Source: a virus (lineage: Duplodnaviria; Caudoviricetes). From it: DNA of 64,000 nucleotides. Where the stretch lies: IMG/VR virus record IMGVR_UViG_3300026094_000002. The stretch is one strand, 5' to 3'. The notes under the pieces were generated by a model, which did not search any database, was not told the origin of the DNA, and worked only from the letters and a program-made list of their open reading frames with translations. Every line of letters starts with the position of its first letter. The first letter of the stretch is position 1. Shown here in pieces: positions 1-8,843 of this stretch. The translations under genes and the position numbers were made by a program.

Positions 1-201
1 GCCAGATTTTCTGGGATTATCATATTGCCGTCTTTTGTCTGGATCACCCAATATTGAATAGGCTTCTTGTATTTCTTGAAACTTTGCGGTATCACCACCG
101 CGATCTGGGTGATATTTTCTGGCTAATTTTCTATAAGATGATTTAATTTCATCATCTGATGCTGAGCGACTTACACCGAGAACAGAATAATAATCTTTCA
201 C
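1..201 (-). CDS. dnaJ: DnaJ-family chaperone, J-domain (runs off window start)
   Basis: Manual translation from GTG at 201: [61 protein letters not shown], with the HPD motif; absent from the ORF track. Confidence 0.92.
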   Translation of the reverse strand, partial: MKDYYSVLGVSRSASDDEIKSSYRKLARKYHPDRGGDTAKFQEIQEAYSILGDPDKRRQYDNPRKSG

Positions 202-240
202 AAATGTAATTATATCAAACTAATCGGGGATAGTAAAGAA

Positions 241-663
241 TTAATTATTATTATCTTGAGTTTTTACAGCACCGTCTAATGCTTCCTGAGATTTTTCGTA
301 ATAACTTTCGTAGGCTGCAATTATTGTTTTTTGCTGTTGAATGTACGCTCTGATATCTGAGATATTCAAACCAAGGTTTTCATATCCTTTGTCTGTTAGC
401 GAAAAAAACACCACTGGTCTTCCAGTTTCTTCAACTTCTGTAAATATTTCTTCTGCGTTTTCTGGAGTTATCAATTGCCATTCCACATCTCGAAGATTAA
501 TTTCATCTGCTTCAGGCAATTCAAGACCCGGTTTCTCTACTGGTTCCGTTGAAACATTAACTGAATCAGGTTTAGAGTCTAATAACGAGCATCCACTAAT
601 CAGAATTGCGAGACTCAAACAACCAAGGACACTCAGAATTTGCTTTTTCTGCTGTGTCTGCAT
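241..663 (-). CDS. outer-membrane lipoprotein, probable o-spanin
   Basis: Signal peptide with lipobox LISGC; overlaps the 3' end of the upstream TM coiled-coil gene; next to endolysin. Confidence 0.7.
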   Translation of the reverse strand: MQTQQKKQILSVLGCLSLAILISGCSLLDSKPDSVNVSTEPVEKPGLELPEADEINLRDVEWQLITPENAEEIFTEVEETGRPVVFFSLTDKGYENLGLNISDIRAYIQQQKTIIAAYESYYEKSQEALDGAVKTQDNNN

Positions 664-1057
664 TGCGTTCCTCCTCTGTTAGTTCTGCACCCGATAGTAT
701 TTCAAAACAGCGATTTGTATCATTAGTTGCACTATTAACGATATTACTTACTAATCCCGGTTTAGCGTTTCCTAATACACCTAAATCATGACGGCGAAGT
801 TTCTCAGCAAGAACATTATTTTGTTTGCGAATATTTGCAAAATCTTCATTTACTTTGCGTAATTCTTCTCTGGACTGTTCATAATTTTCTTGCAGCGTAT
901 CGATAGTCTGTTCATTCATATCAACTGCATTTTCTAACTTCGCGTTATTTTCGGAAAGAATCTGTATTCTTTCTTGCGAATCTTGATAATACCAATAAAA
1001 TCCAGCGGACATAGCGAGCATAACAGCCCCCAAAACCGCTGTGATCTTTAATCCCAT
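596..1057 (-). CDS. probable i-spanin
   Basis: N-terminal TM helix, long coiled coil, C-terminal Cys pair; lies between endolysin and lipoprotein. Confidence 0.7.
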   Translation of the reverse strand: MGLKITAVLGAVMLAMSAGFYWYYQDSQERIQILSENNAKLENAVDMNEQTIDTLQENYEQSREELRKVNEDFANIRKQNNVLAEKLRRHDLGVLGNAKPGLVSNIVNSATNDTNRCFEILSGAELTEEERNADTAEKANSECPWLFESRNSD

Positions 1058-1058
1058 A

Positions 1059-1523
1059 TCAGTAATTTAATCCGTGTGAGTATTGTGTTTTACCATCAAC
1101 CTTGGATGCGGTTAGACATTCTTTTCGGTTTGAACCATCTGCCTTGTATGAAACATGAACCCAGCCTGAGTTTGTATCTCCCGGAGTATAAAACTCAAGA
1201 ATTAACTGATCAAAGTCAAGATTATCAGCAATCCACTCGCATACTTCCGCAGTGCTTGTTCCCATTACTTCTAAATCAACTGCTTCACCCTTAGAATGCT
1301 GTGATGTGGCAGAACCACCAATTGCTTCATTTAATTCAGGGGAACGATACCCAGAAGTGATGACAGTTGGACCAAAATGGTCTCTGATTGGCTGTGCAAC
1401 ATTCTCAAATAGTGCTTTTGCAGCCTCTAAATGTTCATCTCCCGGGGTGTTGTCGATACCTTTGCGTGATGCAGTTTGACTTTTTGTGTATTCACTTAGT
1501 GAAAAGTTTTCTGATAATTTCAT
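1059..1523 (-). CDS. Peptidase M15A endolysin-like protein
   Basis: SGYRS..LN..IGG...SQH..GEAVD and WVHVS Zn-peptidase motifs. Confidence 0.85.
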   Translation of the reverse strand: MKLSENFSLSEYTKSQTASRKGIDNTPGDEHLEAAKALFENVAQPIRDHFGPTVITSGYRSPELNEAIGGSATSQHSKGEAVDLEVMGTSTAEVCEWIADNLDFDQLILEFYTPGDTNSGWVHVSYKADGSNRKECLTASKVDGKTQYSHGLNY

Positions 1524-1535
1524 TCTTTAATCCTT

Positions 1536-2087
1536 TTATATTATACCGGCTTGTTCTTGTATATCGGTTGTGGTTTGATTTTTTTCGTAAACAGATACAG
1601 GTGGGATGCCAGCAGCCTCTCTGACGCTATTTAAGCCTGTTTCAGTTCTTTCTCTATATTTTTTTGGGCTCAGGGGGACCATTTGCTCAATAGCCTCAAC
1701 ACTAAAGGGCATTTCTTGATCACCATATACCACTGTCCAATCTTTGGGTTCAAATTCAGTGAGAGTCTGTAAATCATCAAGAAGTTCTTCAACCCTTTCA
1801 GGCAAGCTTGTTCTTCTTTGCATTTCAACATAAACAACATAGCGATTGTGTTTTATTTCGCCCGGGCTTTTGTCGGCGTCCATTACAAAATCATAACCCG
1901 ACTCAAACCAATTAATTAAATCTGCTGCGGCAGCTTGTGATTTTGTAAGAAAACTTAAGACGGAAATTTTATCATCATCACCCATTTTGCTGGCAAATTC
2001 ATCAATGTGAATTTCTGGTTTAAGCATTTTTTCAAGGTCTTTATAGCCCAGTCCTTCGTTAAACTTCATCTTGTTCCTCTGTATCAT
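1536..2087 (-). CDS. hypothetical phage protein
   Basis: Long ORF packed in operon; probable start at MKFNEG. Confidence 0.6.
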   Translation of the reverse strand: MIQRNKMKFNEGLGYKDLEKMLKPEIHIDEFASKMGDDDKISVLSFLTKSQAAAADLINWFESGYDFVMDADKSPGEIKHNRYVVYVEMQRRTSLPERVEELLDDLQTLTEFEPKDWTVVYGDQEMPFSVEAIEQMVPLSPKKYRERTETGLNSVREAAGIPPVSVYEKNQTTTDIQEQAGII

Positions 2088-2613
2088 TAACGCTGTCGTT
2101 GTATGCTTCTTGATCTAAATCTTCTTCGTAAGCAGAATCAAGTTCCTCCAAATCAATTGTTTGGTCGGCGAGTTCAATACTACCTGTTCTTATATCATTC
2201 ATAAGTTCTCTTGGCATAGAAATTTCAACTAACCAAATTGTTTCATTTACTAACTTAGGCTTACGTGTTCCGGGTCTATAATCACTGGGTTGTTCAACTT
2301 TGACTGGAATTTCTATTGTTGTTTTTTTGTAGCTGACTTCACAATCAAACGGAATTAATCTTTTTCCAGCACGTGGGTCTGGCATTTTTTTCTCAGGCCA
2401 CATAAAGATACAGGCGACACGGTATCTGCCTATTTCAGGACCCTTAACTAATTCGCCCAACTCCCAATTACGGAAAGCATATACATCTAAATCATCAAGG
2501 ACGCGTTCAAAATCAAGAAGTGTTAATAAGGCACCTTGACTCATATATAGGTTACGATTGTTTTCGGCAATCCGCCAATAGTCTGTAGGGCCAGCAAAAA
2601 TATCTGTACTCAT
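2059..2613 (-). CDS. hypothetical phage protein
   Basis: 184 aa ORF with TAAATA immediately upstream. Confidence 0.6.
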   Translation of the reverse strand: MSTDIFAGPTDYWRIAENNRNLYMSQGALLTLLDFERVLDDLDVYAFRNWELGELVKGPEIGRYRVACIFMWPEKKMPDPRAGKRLIPFDCEVSYKKTTIEIPVKVEQPSDYRPGTRKPKLVNETIWLVEISMPRELMNDIRTGSIELADQTIDLEELDSAYEEDLDQEAYNDSVNDTEEQDEV

Positions 2614-2767
2614 AAAGGTATTTATCTATAGTTTTTAATATTAGATAAGAGTTTTCATCAGCGGGATATTTATCTATGGTCTTATAAAATTTATCAGACT
2701 ACTATTATCTGGAAACTATCCTCTAAATACAATTGACCCCGGTCATTCTTATATAGGAGGAAACAAC

Positions 2768-3502
2768 TTGGGTAAAGCAAAGCATTCCACACAACGCAAA
2801 ACCAATTATAATGATTCACCAAATACAATAGATTTTAATCACAATCGCCGAAATCGCCCCCGACATATAGAACTCGTCCCCAAATCTCTAGGTCAAGAAA
2901 AACTTATCCTTGATTTAACTAATTCAGCACAATCAATAACAGTCGCAGTTGGTCCTGCTGGGACAGGCAAGACTTATCTGGCTATGTTAGCAGCCCTTAA
3001 AAACTTTAAAGAAGGTCGCTGTGAAAAAATAGTATTAACACGACCAGCAGTTGGCGTTGAGGGAGAACAACACGGATTTTTGCCCGGAGACCTTACCTCA
3101 AAAATGGAACCATGGACAAGACCATTGCTTGATGTTATGAAAGAATATTATTCTGCTAAAGAAGTCTTGCAGATGATTGAAAATGAAACAATAGAGATTG
3201 CACCATTAGCATATATGAGAGGCCGAACATTCAAAAACTCTTGGATTGTTGCTGACGAAATGCAGAATGCCACACCTGAGCAATGCAAGATGCTATTAAC
3301 AAGAATTGGAGAACATTCAAGAATAGTAGTCACAGGAGATATTGAACAAGCTGATCGTTTTGGTGCAAAAAATGGATTGCTTGATCTTTGTTCAAGATTA
3401 GAAAGTCAAGAATGCAATGGGATAGGTGTAAATCGTCTTCAAGGAAGAGACATACAACGCCATCCCATTATAGATACTGTTCTTGATCTTTATTCAGAAT
3501 AG
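2768..3502 (+). CDS. phoH: PhoH-like ATPase
   Basis: GPAGTGKT Walker A, LTRPAV, RGRTF, DEMQN, GDIEQAD, RHPII motifs. Confidence 0.93.
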   Translation: MGKAKHSTQRKTNYNDSPNTIDFNHNRRNRPRHIELVPKSLGQEKLILDLTNSAQSITVAVGPAGTGKTYLAMLAALKNFKEGRCEKIVLTRPAVGVEGEQHGFLPGDLTSKMEPWTRPLLDVMKEYYSAKEVLQMIENETIEIAPLAYMRGRTFKNSWIVADEMQNATPEQCKMLLTRIGEHSRIVVTGDIEQADRFGAKNGLLDLCSRLESQECNGIGVNRLQGRDIQRHPIIDTVLDLYSE

Positions 3503-3753
3503 TCAATAGAATATTGTTTTTCTAGATCATCTACTACATTCTGATAATGTTTGTAGTAATAATCTCGGACATGTTGCCAATCATGAGATCCTAATTTGCC
3601 ATCCATACGGCATTTTAGGATTTCTTTTTTAGCAAAGTCTAAAACAACATTTGCTGTCTCTTTGTGACGACTACGGTATTTTGATTCAACTTCTACAGTT
3701 TCATCTACTTGACCGTTTGGTCTTTTTATATATGTTACAATAAGATATCTCAT
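3490..3753 (-). CDS. hypothetical protein
   Basis: Overlaps the clamp loader stop (ATGA coupling). Confidence 0.55.
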   Translation of the reverse strand: MRYLIVTYIKRPNGQVDETVEVESKYRSRHKETANVVLDFAKKEILKCRMDGKLGSHDWQHVRDYYYKHYQNVVDDLEKQYSIDYSE

Positions 3754-4667
3754 AAACTTGTTAATTCACATAAGGTTGCAGATAGATTTATTTCAGGGTC
3801 AGCGACGAGTGTATGATTTACTAACCCATCTCTAATAATAAGAATTGCTTGGTCTTGTTTTTCTTGATTACTGCCCCACAGGTCTAAATTATCATACATC
3901 CATCTAAAAATTTCATCCATTTCATCTGCACGAACACTACTGCATAGTAAATTTCTGGCCTCTAAAATCTTTCCCTCTTTAAAAAGATCAACAACTGCTA
4001 AGCGATAATCTTGGCTGCTTCCTTCATCGCCAGATGGTTTTGATAATTTATTATCTGTGGTATTCATTTGACATGTGTTTAGACATTTGCGTAAATCTGG
4101 GTATGTGGCCTTCACATATGTGTCTAATGTTTCAAGGTTAAAATCTACTCCTTCTTCCACAAGAACAGTAGCCACCCTTGCAGTAAATTCTGTCATATCA
4201 ATACGATCAATATGAAATCCCTGACAACGACTATGCAATGCAGGAATAATCTTGTTAGGGTAGTTACATGTTAGTATAAATCGGGCTGATGCATGATATG
4301 TCTCCATAACACCACGCAGTGCCGCTTGTCCGTTTGGAGAAATATAGTCTGCTTCGTCCAATAAAATTACCTTGAAATCACCAAATGGCATTGTCTCAGC
4401 AAAAGAAGTAATTTTTTCCCTAATAGTATCAACAGAGTTTTCGCGGCTGGCATTAATTTCTAATATGTCAAACTCATCAACGCTTAACTCATTAACAAGA
4501 ACTCTAGCCAGCGTGGTCTTACCAACACCGGGAGAACCAGAAAACAATAGATGTGGTATTGAATTAGAATCTACCCACTCTTTAACTTGCTTTTTTTGGT
4601 CTTCATCCCGAAAGACATAGTCATCTACTGTTTTGGGGCGATAAGATTCTACCCAAAGACTCTGCAT
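3750..4667 (-). CDS. sliding-clamp loader (RFC small subunit / gp44-like AAA+)
   Basis: WVESYRP, GSPGVGKTT, INAS, DEAD, CNYPNKII, SRC motifs. Confidence 0.92.
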   Translation of the reverse strand: MQSLWVESYRPKTVDDYVFRDEDQKKQVKEWVDSNSIPHLLFSGSPGVGKTTLARVLVNELSVDEFDILEINASRENSVDTIREKITSFAETMPFGDFKVILLDEADYISPNGQAALRGVMETYHASARFILTCNYPNKIIPALHSRCQGFHIDRIDMTEFTARVATVLVEEGVDFNLETLDTYVKATYPDLRKCLNTCQMNTTDNKLSKPSGDEGSSQDYRLAVVDLFKEGKILEARNLLCSSVRADEMDEIFRWMYDNLDLWGSNQEKQDQAILIIRDGLVNHTLVADPEINLSATLCELTSL

Positions 4668-4699
4668 TTATTCAACTCCGATATTATTAGTGAATGTTA

Positions 4700-5077
4700 T
4701 TATACGCGGAATGTTTCATTATAAACAGGCTCTTCATCCGATACCATAAGAATATCTTTTGGGTCTACCCGACGAATAACCATTTCTTCGCCTGAACCAT
4801 CTATAATTTCTACGCCACGAGTCCAGCGTCCATGATCAACGAGAACCCATTGACCAGCCTCTACATCCTCTTGTTCTGGCCCAACAACTCTGACATATCC
4901 CCAACGAGCACGAATTCCTTCATCTGTGCCGTTATCATTTAGGAGAACAATGCCTCCAGCAGTTTGGCGTTCGTCAAACTGCATATCACTGATAATGACC
5001 CAATCCTTGATTGCATATACATTACCTACATTAACAGCAAAATAAGTTGTTTGTGTTGTTTGAATCTCTTGTGCCAT
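4700..5077 (-). CDS. GroES-like co-chaperonin
   Basis: TAGGIVL mobile loop, G.VRVVGP, GQWVL beta-barrel pattern. Confidence 0.7.
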   Translation of the reverse strand: MAQEIQTTQTTYFAVNVGNVYAIKDWVIISDMQFDERQTAGGIVLLNDNGTDEGIRARWGYVRVVGPEQEDVEAGQWVLVDHGRWTRGVEIIDGSGEEMVIRRVDPKDILMVSDEEPVYNETFRV

Positions 5078-5544
5078 TAAATCTTTTTAACTCCCGGCTT
5101 TTGTTGTGATGCTTTTCTTGGTGGAACAACCTCTTCCTGCTTTACTTCTCTGGCACGAGCAATTGCTGCAGCAAGTCCCTGTGGTTCATCAGTTGGTTCT
5201 TCCTGATTTTCATTATGTATTGTTTCATCAACAGTATCAGCAGTTTTTTCGGTGGTTTTGGTATTGTTAGAATTTTCGGGTTCTTGTTGTTGATACAATT
5301 CAGCGTACTTTTTGGCCTCTTCAATACTGTCTGCCACGGGCTGGTCTACGACATTAGTCTGCTTTTTGTACTGTCGCCCTACACGGCGATTTCTGCTATC
5401 TACTGTTTTGTTATTATTGTCCAATCGGTCACCTCTAGCGTTAACATTCATATTACCTACTGCACGAACTTCTTCGTTTTTCAGTCTTAGTGTATCCATA
5501 TCAATTGTGCGATTATTCGCAGAACGATAATTTTTATTTGCCAT
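5077..5544 (-). CDS. hypothetical protein
   Basis: 155 aa ORF coupled to the GroES-like gene. Confidence 0.55.
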   Translation of the reverse strand: MANKNYRSANNRTIDMDTLRLKNEEVRAVGNMNVNARGDRLDNNNKTVDSRNRRVGRQYKKQTNVVDQPVADSIEEAKKYAELYQQQEPENSNNTKTTEKTADTVDETIHNENQEEPTDEPQGLAAAIARAREVKQEEVVPPRKASQQKPGVKKI

Positions 5545-5568
5545 ATTATTCTCCTAATATGTGTGTAT

Positions 5569-6081
5569 TTAACGCAGAAATTCTTCTGGCTTTAAATCAT
5601 AATACATACTGTCAATGCCATGAACGCCTAACTTATAAAGAACATAACTTGCAACACTTGATCCCCTCCCAATACCCCATATAATGTCATTTTCTTTCAT
5701 AACATCAACAAGATATTTCAAATAACACAAGAGGTCAAAAAGTCCTTTTTTTTGAAATAATAAAAGTTCATGTCCGCATCGTTGTAATTCTGCTTGTGAA
5801 TCACACAGTGACAGTACATGTTCTGCAATATCTAAATTGCGATACTCTTCCGGCATATGCCAGTTAGATTGACACGCTGCATCAAATTCTTCAACGCTTA
5901 CATCTGGTTCTTTATACGGAACAAGATTTATAGGTTCTTCTGTAACAGATGAAATGTTGTCATAATCAACTGATTCATCAACTATGAGACCACCAAATTC
6001 ACCAAGATTGTTGCCTTGCATTATTAAGTTGCAAAGGTCTTTATCATTAAAAATTAGGTGCCCATATTGGTCTTTATGCAT
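5569..6081 (-). CDS. truncated DNA polymerase III alpha (DnaE)-like protein
   Basis: C-terminal WGIGRGSSVASYVLYKLGVHGID matches the DnaE GRGS.AGSLV.Y.LGIT.ID motif; only 170 aa. Confidence 0.7.
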   Translation of the reverse strand: MHKDQYGHLIFNDKDLCNLIMQGNNLGEFGGLIVDESVDYDNISSVTEEPINLVPYKEPDVSVEEFDAACQSNWHMPEEYRNLDIAEHVLSLCDSQAELQRCGHELLLFQKKGLFDLLCYLKYLVDVMKENDIIWGIGRGSSVASYVLYKLGVHGIDSMYYDLKPEEFLR

Positions 6082-6083
6082 AT

Positions 6084-6749
6084 TTACTTGTCTGATTTAT
6101 CAGGATTTTTACCAAAATCAACAAAAACTACTTCACCATTTTTGTTTGTAGATTGTTTTCTATTTGTTTTTGGTTGTTCAGTATCTTTGATATCACTGTC
6201 AAGATATGATTTATCCCAATCAAGTCCAAGAATTTCCCATTTTGGCAGAGTTTCAAAATATACTTCTTGTTGTTCTTCTGTTAGTTGCTCAGAGTCTCTG
6301 ATACTAGCAACAGACTCGTGCCACCATCCTTCTTCTTCAAAAGGACCAATTAATTCATTTTCATTGTGAAGATATTCATATTCTCCACCAACATGACTCT
6401 TGATGGCAACATCAGTAACTTGAATTACGCCCTCCATTATTGCATTTAATTTGCAATAAAGCATCAAACCAATAATTTGATCACTTGGCTCTTCGGGCAG
6501 GACAACAACATCACACCCCATATTATCAATTTCAGGATATACGAAAATAGTATTTTCATCCACAAAAATTGCGTTGTCACAAACGGCTTGAATGAAATAT
6601 ACTGCTCTGTCTATTGCAATATTGTAGTGGTCTGGGTTTTCGCTTTTTGTTAAGAATTCAACCGATATTTCGTAACGGTTTGCTTGTAAATGGTCATTAT
6701 AAAAAATGTTTGAAAAGATGGTAAAATTAGATTTAATTCTCACATTCAT
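6084..6749 (-). CDS. hypothetical protein
   Basis: 221 aa ORF in operon. Confidence 0.55.
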   Translation of the reverse strand: MNVRIKSNFTIFSNIFYNDHLQANRYEISVEFLTKSENPDHYNIAIDRAVYFIQAVCDNAIFVDENTIFVYPEIDNMGCDVVVLPEEPSDQIIGLMLYCKLNAIMEGVIQVTDVAIKSHVGGEYEYLHNENELIGPFEEEGWWHESVASIRDSEQLTEEQQEVYFETLPKWEILGLDWDKSYLDSDIKDTEQPKTNRKQSTNKNGEVVFVDFGKNPDKSDK

Positions 6750-6973
6750 GATATATCAACGTTGTCTTGGTAACTGTCATCGTCTCCGCTTTCTTCTCGC
6801 AAACGCGTTTGGTATTTTGTTTCATATGACTCAATGGCCATTTTAATCTGGTTGCAAAGGTGTGCATTACCACTTGTCATAGCAATGCGGAGTCTGGTGT
6901 AAAGGTCGTTTATTTTTTCGGATAGTTCTTGGGTAGATAACTCGTCAAGGTTTCCGATGAACGGATGTTGCAT
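6746..6973 (-). CDS. small hypothetical protein
   Basis: RBS AGGAG; ATGA overlap with next gene; sigma70-like promoter at about 6990-7022. Confidence 0.55.
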   Translation of the reverse strand: MQHPFIGNLDELSTQELSEKINDLYTRLRIAMTSGNAHLCNQIKMAIESYETKYQTRLREESGDDDSYQDNVDIS

Positions 6974-7028
6974 TTATATCTCCTATATTGATTATTATAT
7001 ACAATATAGAATGTTTTGTCAATGAAAA

Positions 7029-8654
7029 TTACGTAAAGGTAATGTCATTTTTTCCAACACAATACCAGTTAGAATTAATATATTGAAGAGTCACAGTTGA
7101 ACCAACATTGGACAATGCTAAGTTGCCTCCCCAAATTGACCCATTAACAGTAACATTGGTATTTCCTACCGAGGAATTTCCATACACAATTGTTTTATTT
7201 TGTCCATCAACACCTTCATTTAGCGTTAGTTCCAAATCGTCAGATGTAGTAACAACGCTAACAGAAGAATTCAAACTTATATTACCATTTGATGATATTT
7301 CTTCAAATCCATAATAGTATATGGGTTTTCCAACATAAATGGGAACGGTTCCGCCTATTTTTGATGTGTCAAGTTCGCTGACTTCTTGTCCATACAAATA
7401 AAGTGGTGATGGAGTATTTTCTGTTATTAGTATTTCTACATATGCTCCATCGGTTCCTGCATCCCCGGAAACAACAACATTATCAGTATATGGGGATATT
7501 GTTCCACCATCATTTGGTTCAACAGTGGTGTCTGGCTCAGTTGAAAATCTTAAAGGAGCATCTTCGTTGCTTGGATCAGAGATATCAAACCGATACCGTC
7601 TATTTTGCTCAAAAGTCAAACTTAAAGTGTTTTCTGAAGAGTCTTTTATTGGTGTATCATTTATATAAAAAACTTCTTGGAGACCACTACCATCATCATC
7701 AACTGTGACATCAAGATTTGTTGCTGGATATATAAAATTGTCGGAAACATTTATCCATTCATCGTTTTCAAAACGTAGAAAGTCTCCAGTTGATGGGGAT
7801 GTTGTATTGATATCTGTTAAATTATTTAATTCTATAGATCCATTTTCCCACTGAGAATTCCCAGAATTAAAAAGTAAAAAATCACTATCTTGTGGTTCTG
7901 TTAATTCTATATCTGTTATATTATCAATTGAGAGAGAAGAGTTTTCCCATTGAGAATTTCCAGAATTATAAACTAAAAACTCATTGTCTGTGAGATCTGA
8001 AATTTCTACGTCTGATAATGCACTTAAATTTCCAACTATATTCTCTATATCAGTATCAATGTCACTTCTAATAAGATCGCTAATAAAAACGCTTGAACCG
8101 TTGTCAATTGTAGTAAATTTAAATATATAGGTACCAGTTTCAGAGAATGTAATATTGTTATTACTTGTATCTAATCCTATAATATATTCTACTGAAGTTT
8201 CAGATGCTCCTGCTCCGATAGAAGACGGCAGTACAACAGTATGGTCGGTATCTGCAACCGTTATCTGAACTATAAATGAGCATAGCGTATCAACTGGAGA
8301 CAAGTTTTCAAATTCCAGTGTTACATCATCATCTGTTGTAAAAGAAAAGTATGATCCAGCCGAAAAATCTATACTTTGTGTACCGGTTACCGTTCCTAAA
8401 TTAACAACTGTTTCTCTCGTGCCGCGTAGTTCTGCGTTTTCAATGACAGCACCATCAAAATCATTATTCAGTTCGCCGTCAACCAATGCACTTTTCAATA
8501 TGGCTTTTTGCTGTAAGTCAGAAATTTCATCAGCGGCTGCAGCGAGATTAGTCTTTATACTACTAAAATTGTCGCGGAACCCTTGACTATTATTGTCTTG
8601 TCCCGCAACTGGATAATTGCCATCTATATTGGAAGCGTTGATATTGCTTGTCAT
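7029..8654 (-). CDS. virion structural protein (tail/baseplate-associated, acidic beta-rich)
   Basis: N-terminal YPVAGQDNNSQGFRDNF motif; repeated L..LSDV.I....D..FL.YNSGNSQWEN units. Confidence 0.65.
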   Translation of the reverse strand: MTSNINASNIDGNYPVAGQDNNSQGFRDNFSSIKTNLAAAADEISDLQQKAILKSALVDGELNNDFDGAVIENAELRGTRETVVNLGTVTGTQSIDFSAGSYFSFTTDDDVTLEFENLSPVDTLCSFIVQITVADTDHTVVLPSSIGAGASETSVEYIIGLDTSNNNITFSETGTYIFKFTTIDNGSSVFISDLIRSDIDTDIENIVGNLSALSDVEISDLTDNEFLVYNSGNSQWENSSLSIDNITDIELTEPQDSDFLLFNSGNSQWENGSIELNNLTDINTTSPSTGDFLRFENDEWINVSDNFIYPATNLDVTVDDDGSGLQEVFYINDTPIKDSSENTLSLTFEQNRRYRFDISDPSNEDAPLRFSTEPDTTVEPNDGGTISPYTDNVVVSGDAGTDGAYVEILITENTPSPLYLYGQEVSELDTSKIGGTVPIYVGKPIYYYGFEEISSNGNISLNSSVSVVTTSDDLELTLNEGVDGQNKTIVYGNSSVGNTNVTVNGSIWGGNLALSNVGSTVTLQYINSNWYCVGKNDITFT

Positions 8655-8674
8655 TGTTTTACCTTAAAATGTGT

Positions 8675-8839
8675 TTATCGTTCGTCAGTGACCAACCATT
8701 TAGAACAGAATGTCATTTTGCCTTCTCTTCTTTTTTCTAAAATTTTTGCGATCTCTGTTTTATATAATTCTTTCAACTTTGATTTATCATTACCAAGGCT
8801 GGCTTTATACATTTCTTTTAGAATTTTATTTTGTTTCAT
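8675..8839 (-). CDS. small basic protein
   Basis: Likely start MKQNK at 8839, just after the 8844 stop. Confidence 0.4.
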   Translation of the reverse strand: MKQNKILKEMYKASLGNDKSKLKELYKTEIAKILEKRREGKMTFCSKWLVTDER

Positions 8840-8843
8840 TTTA

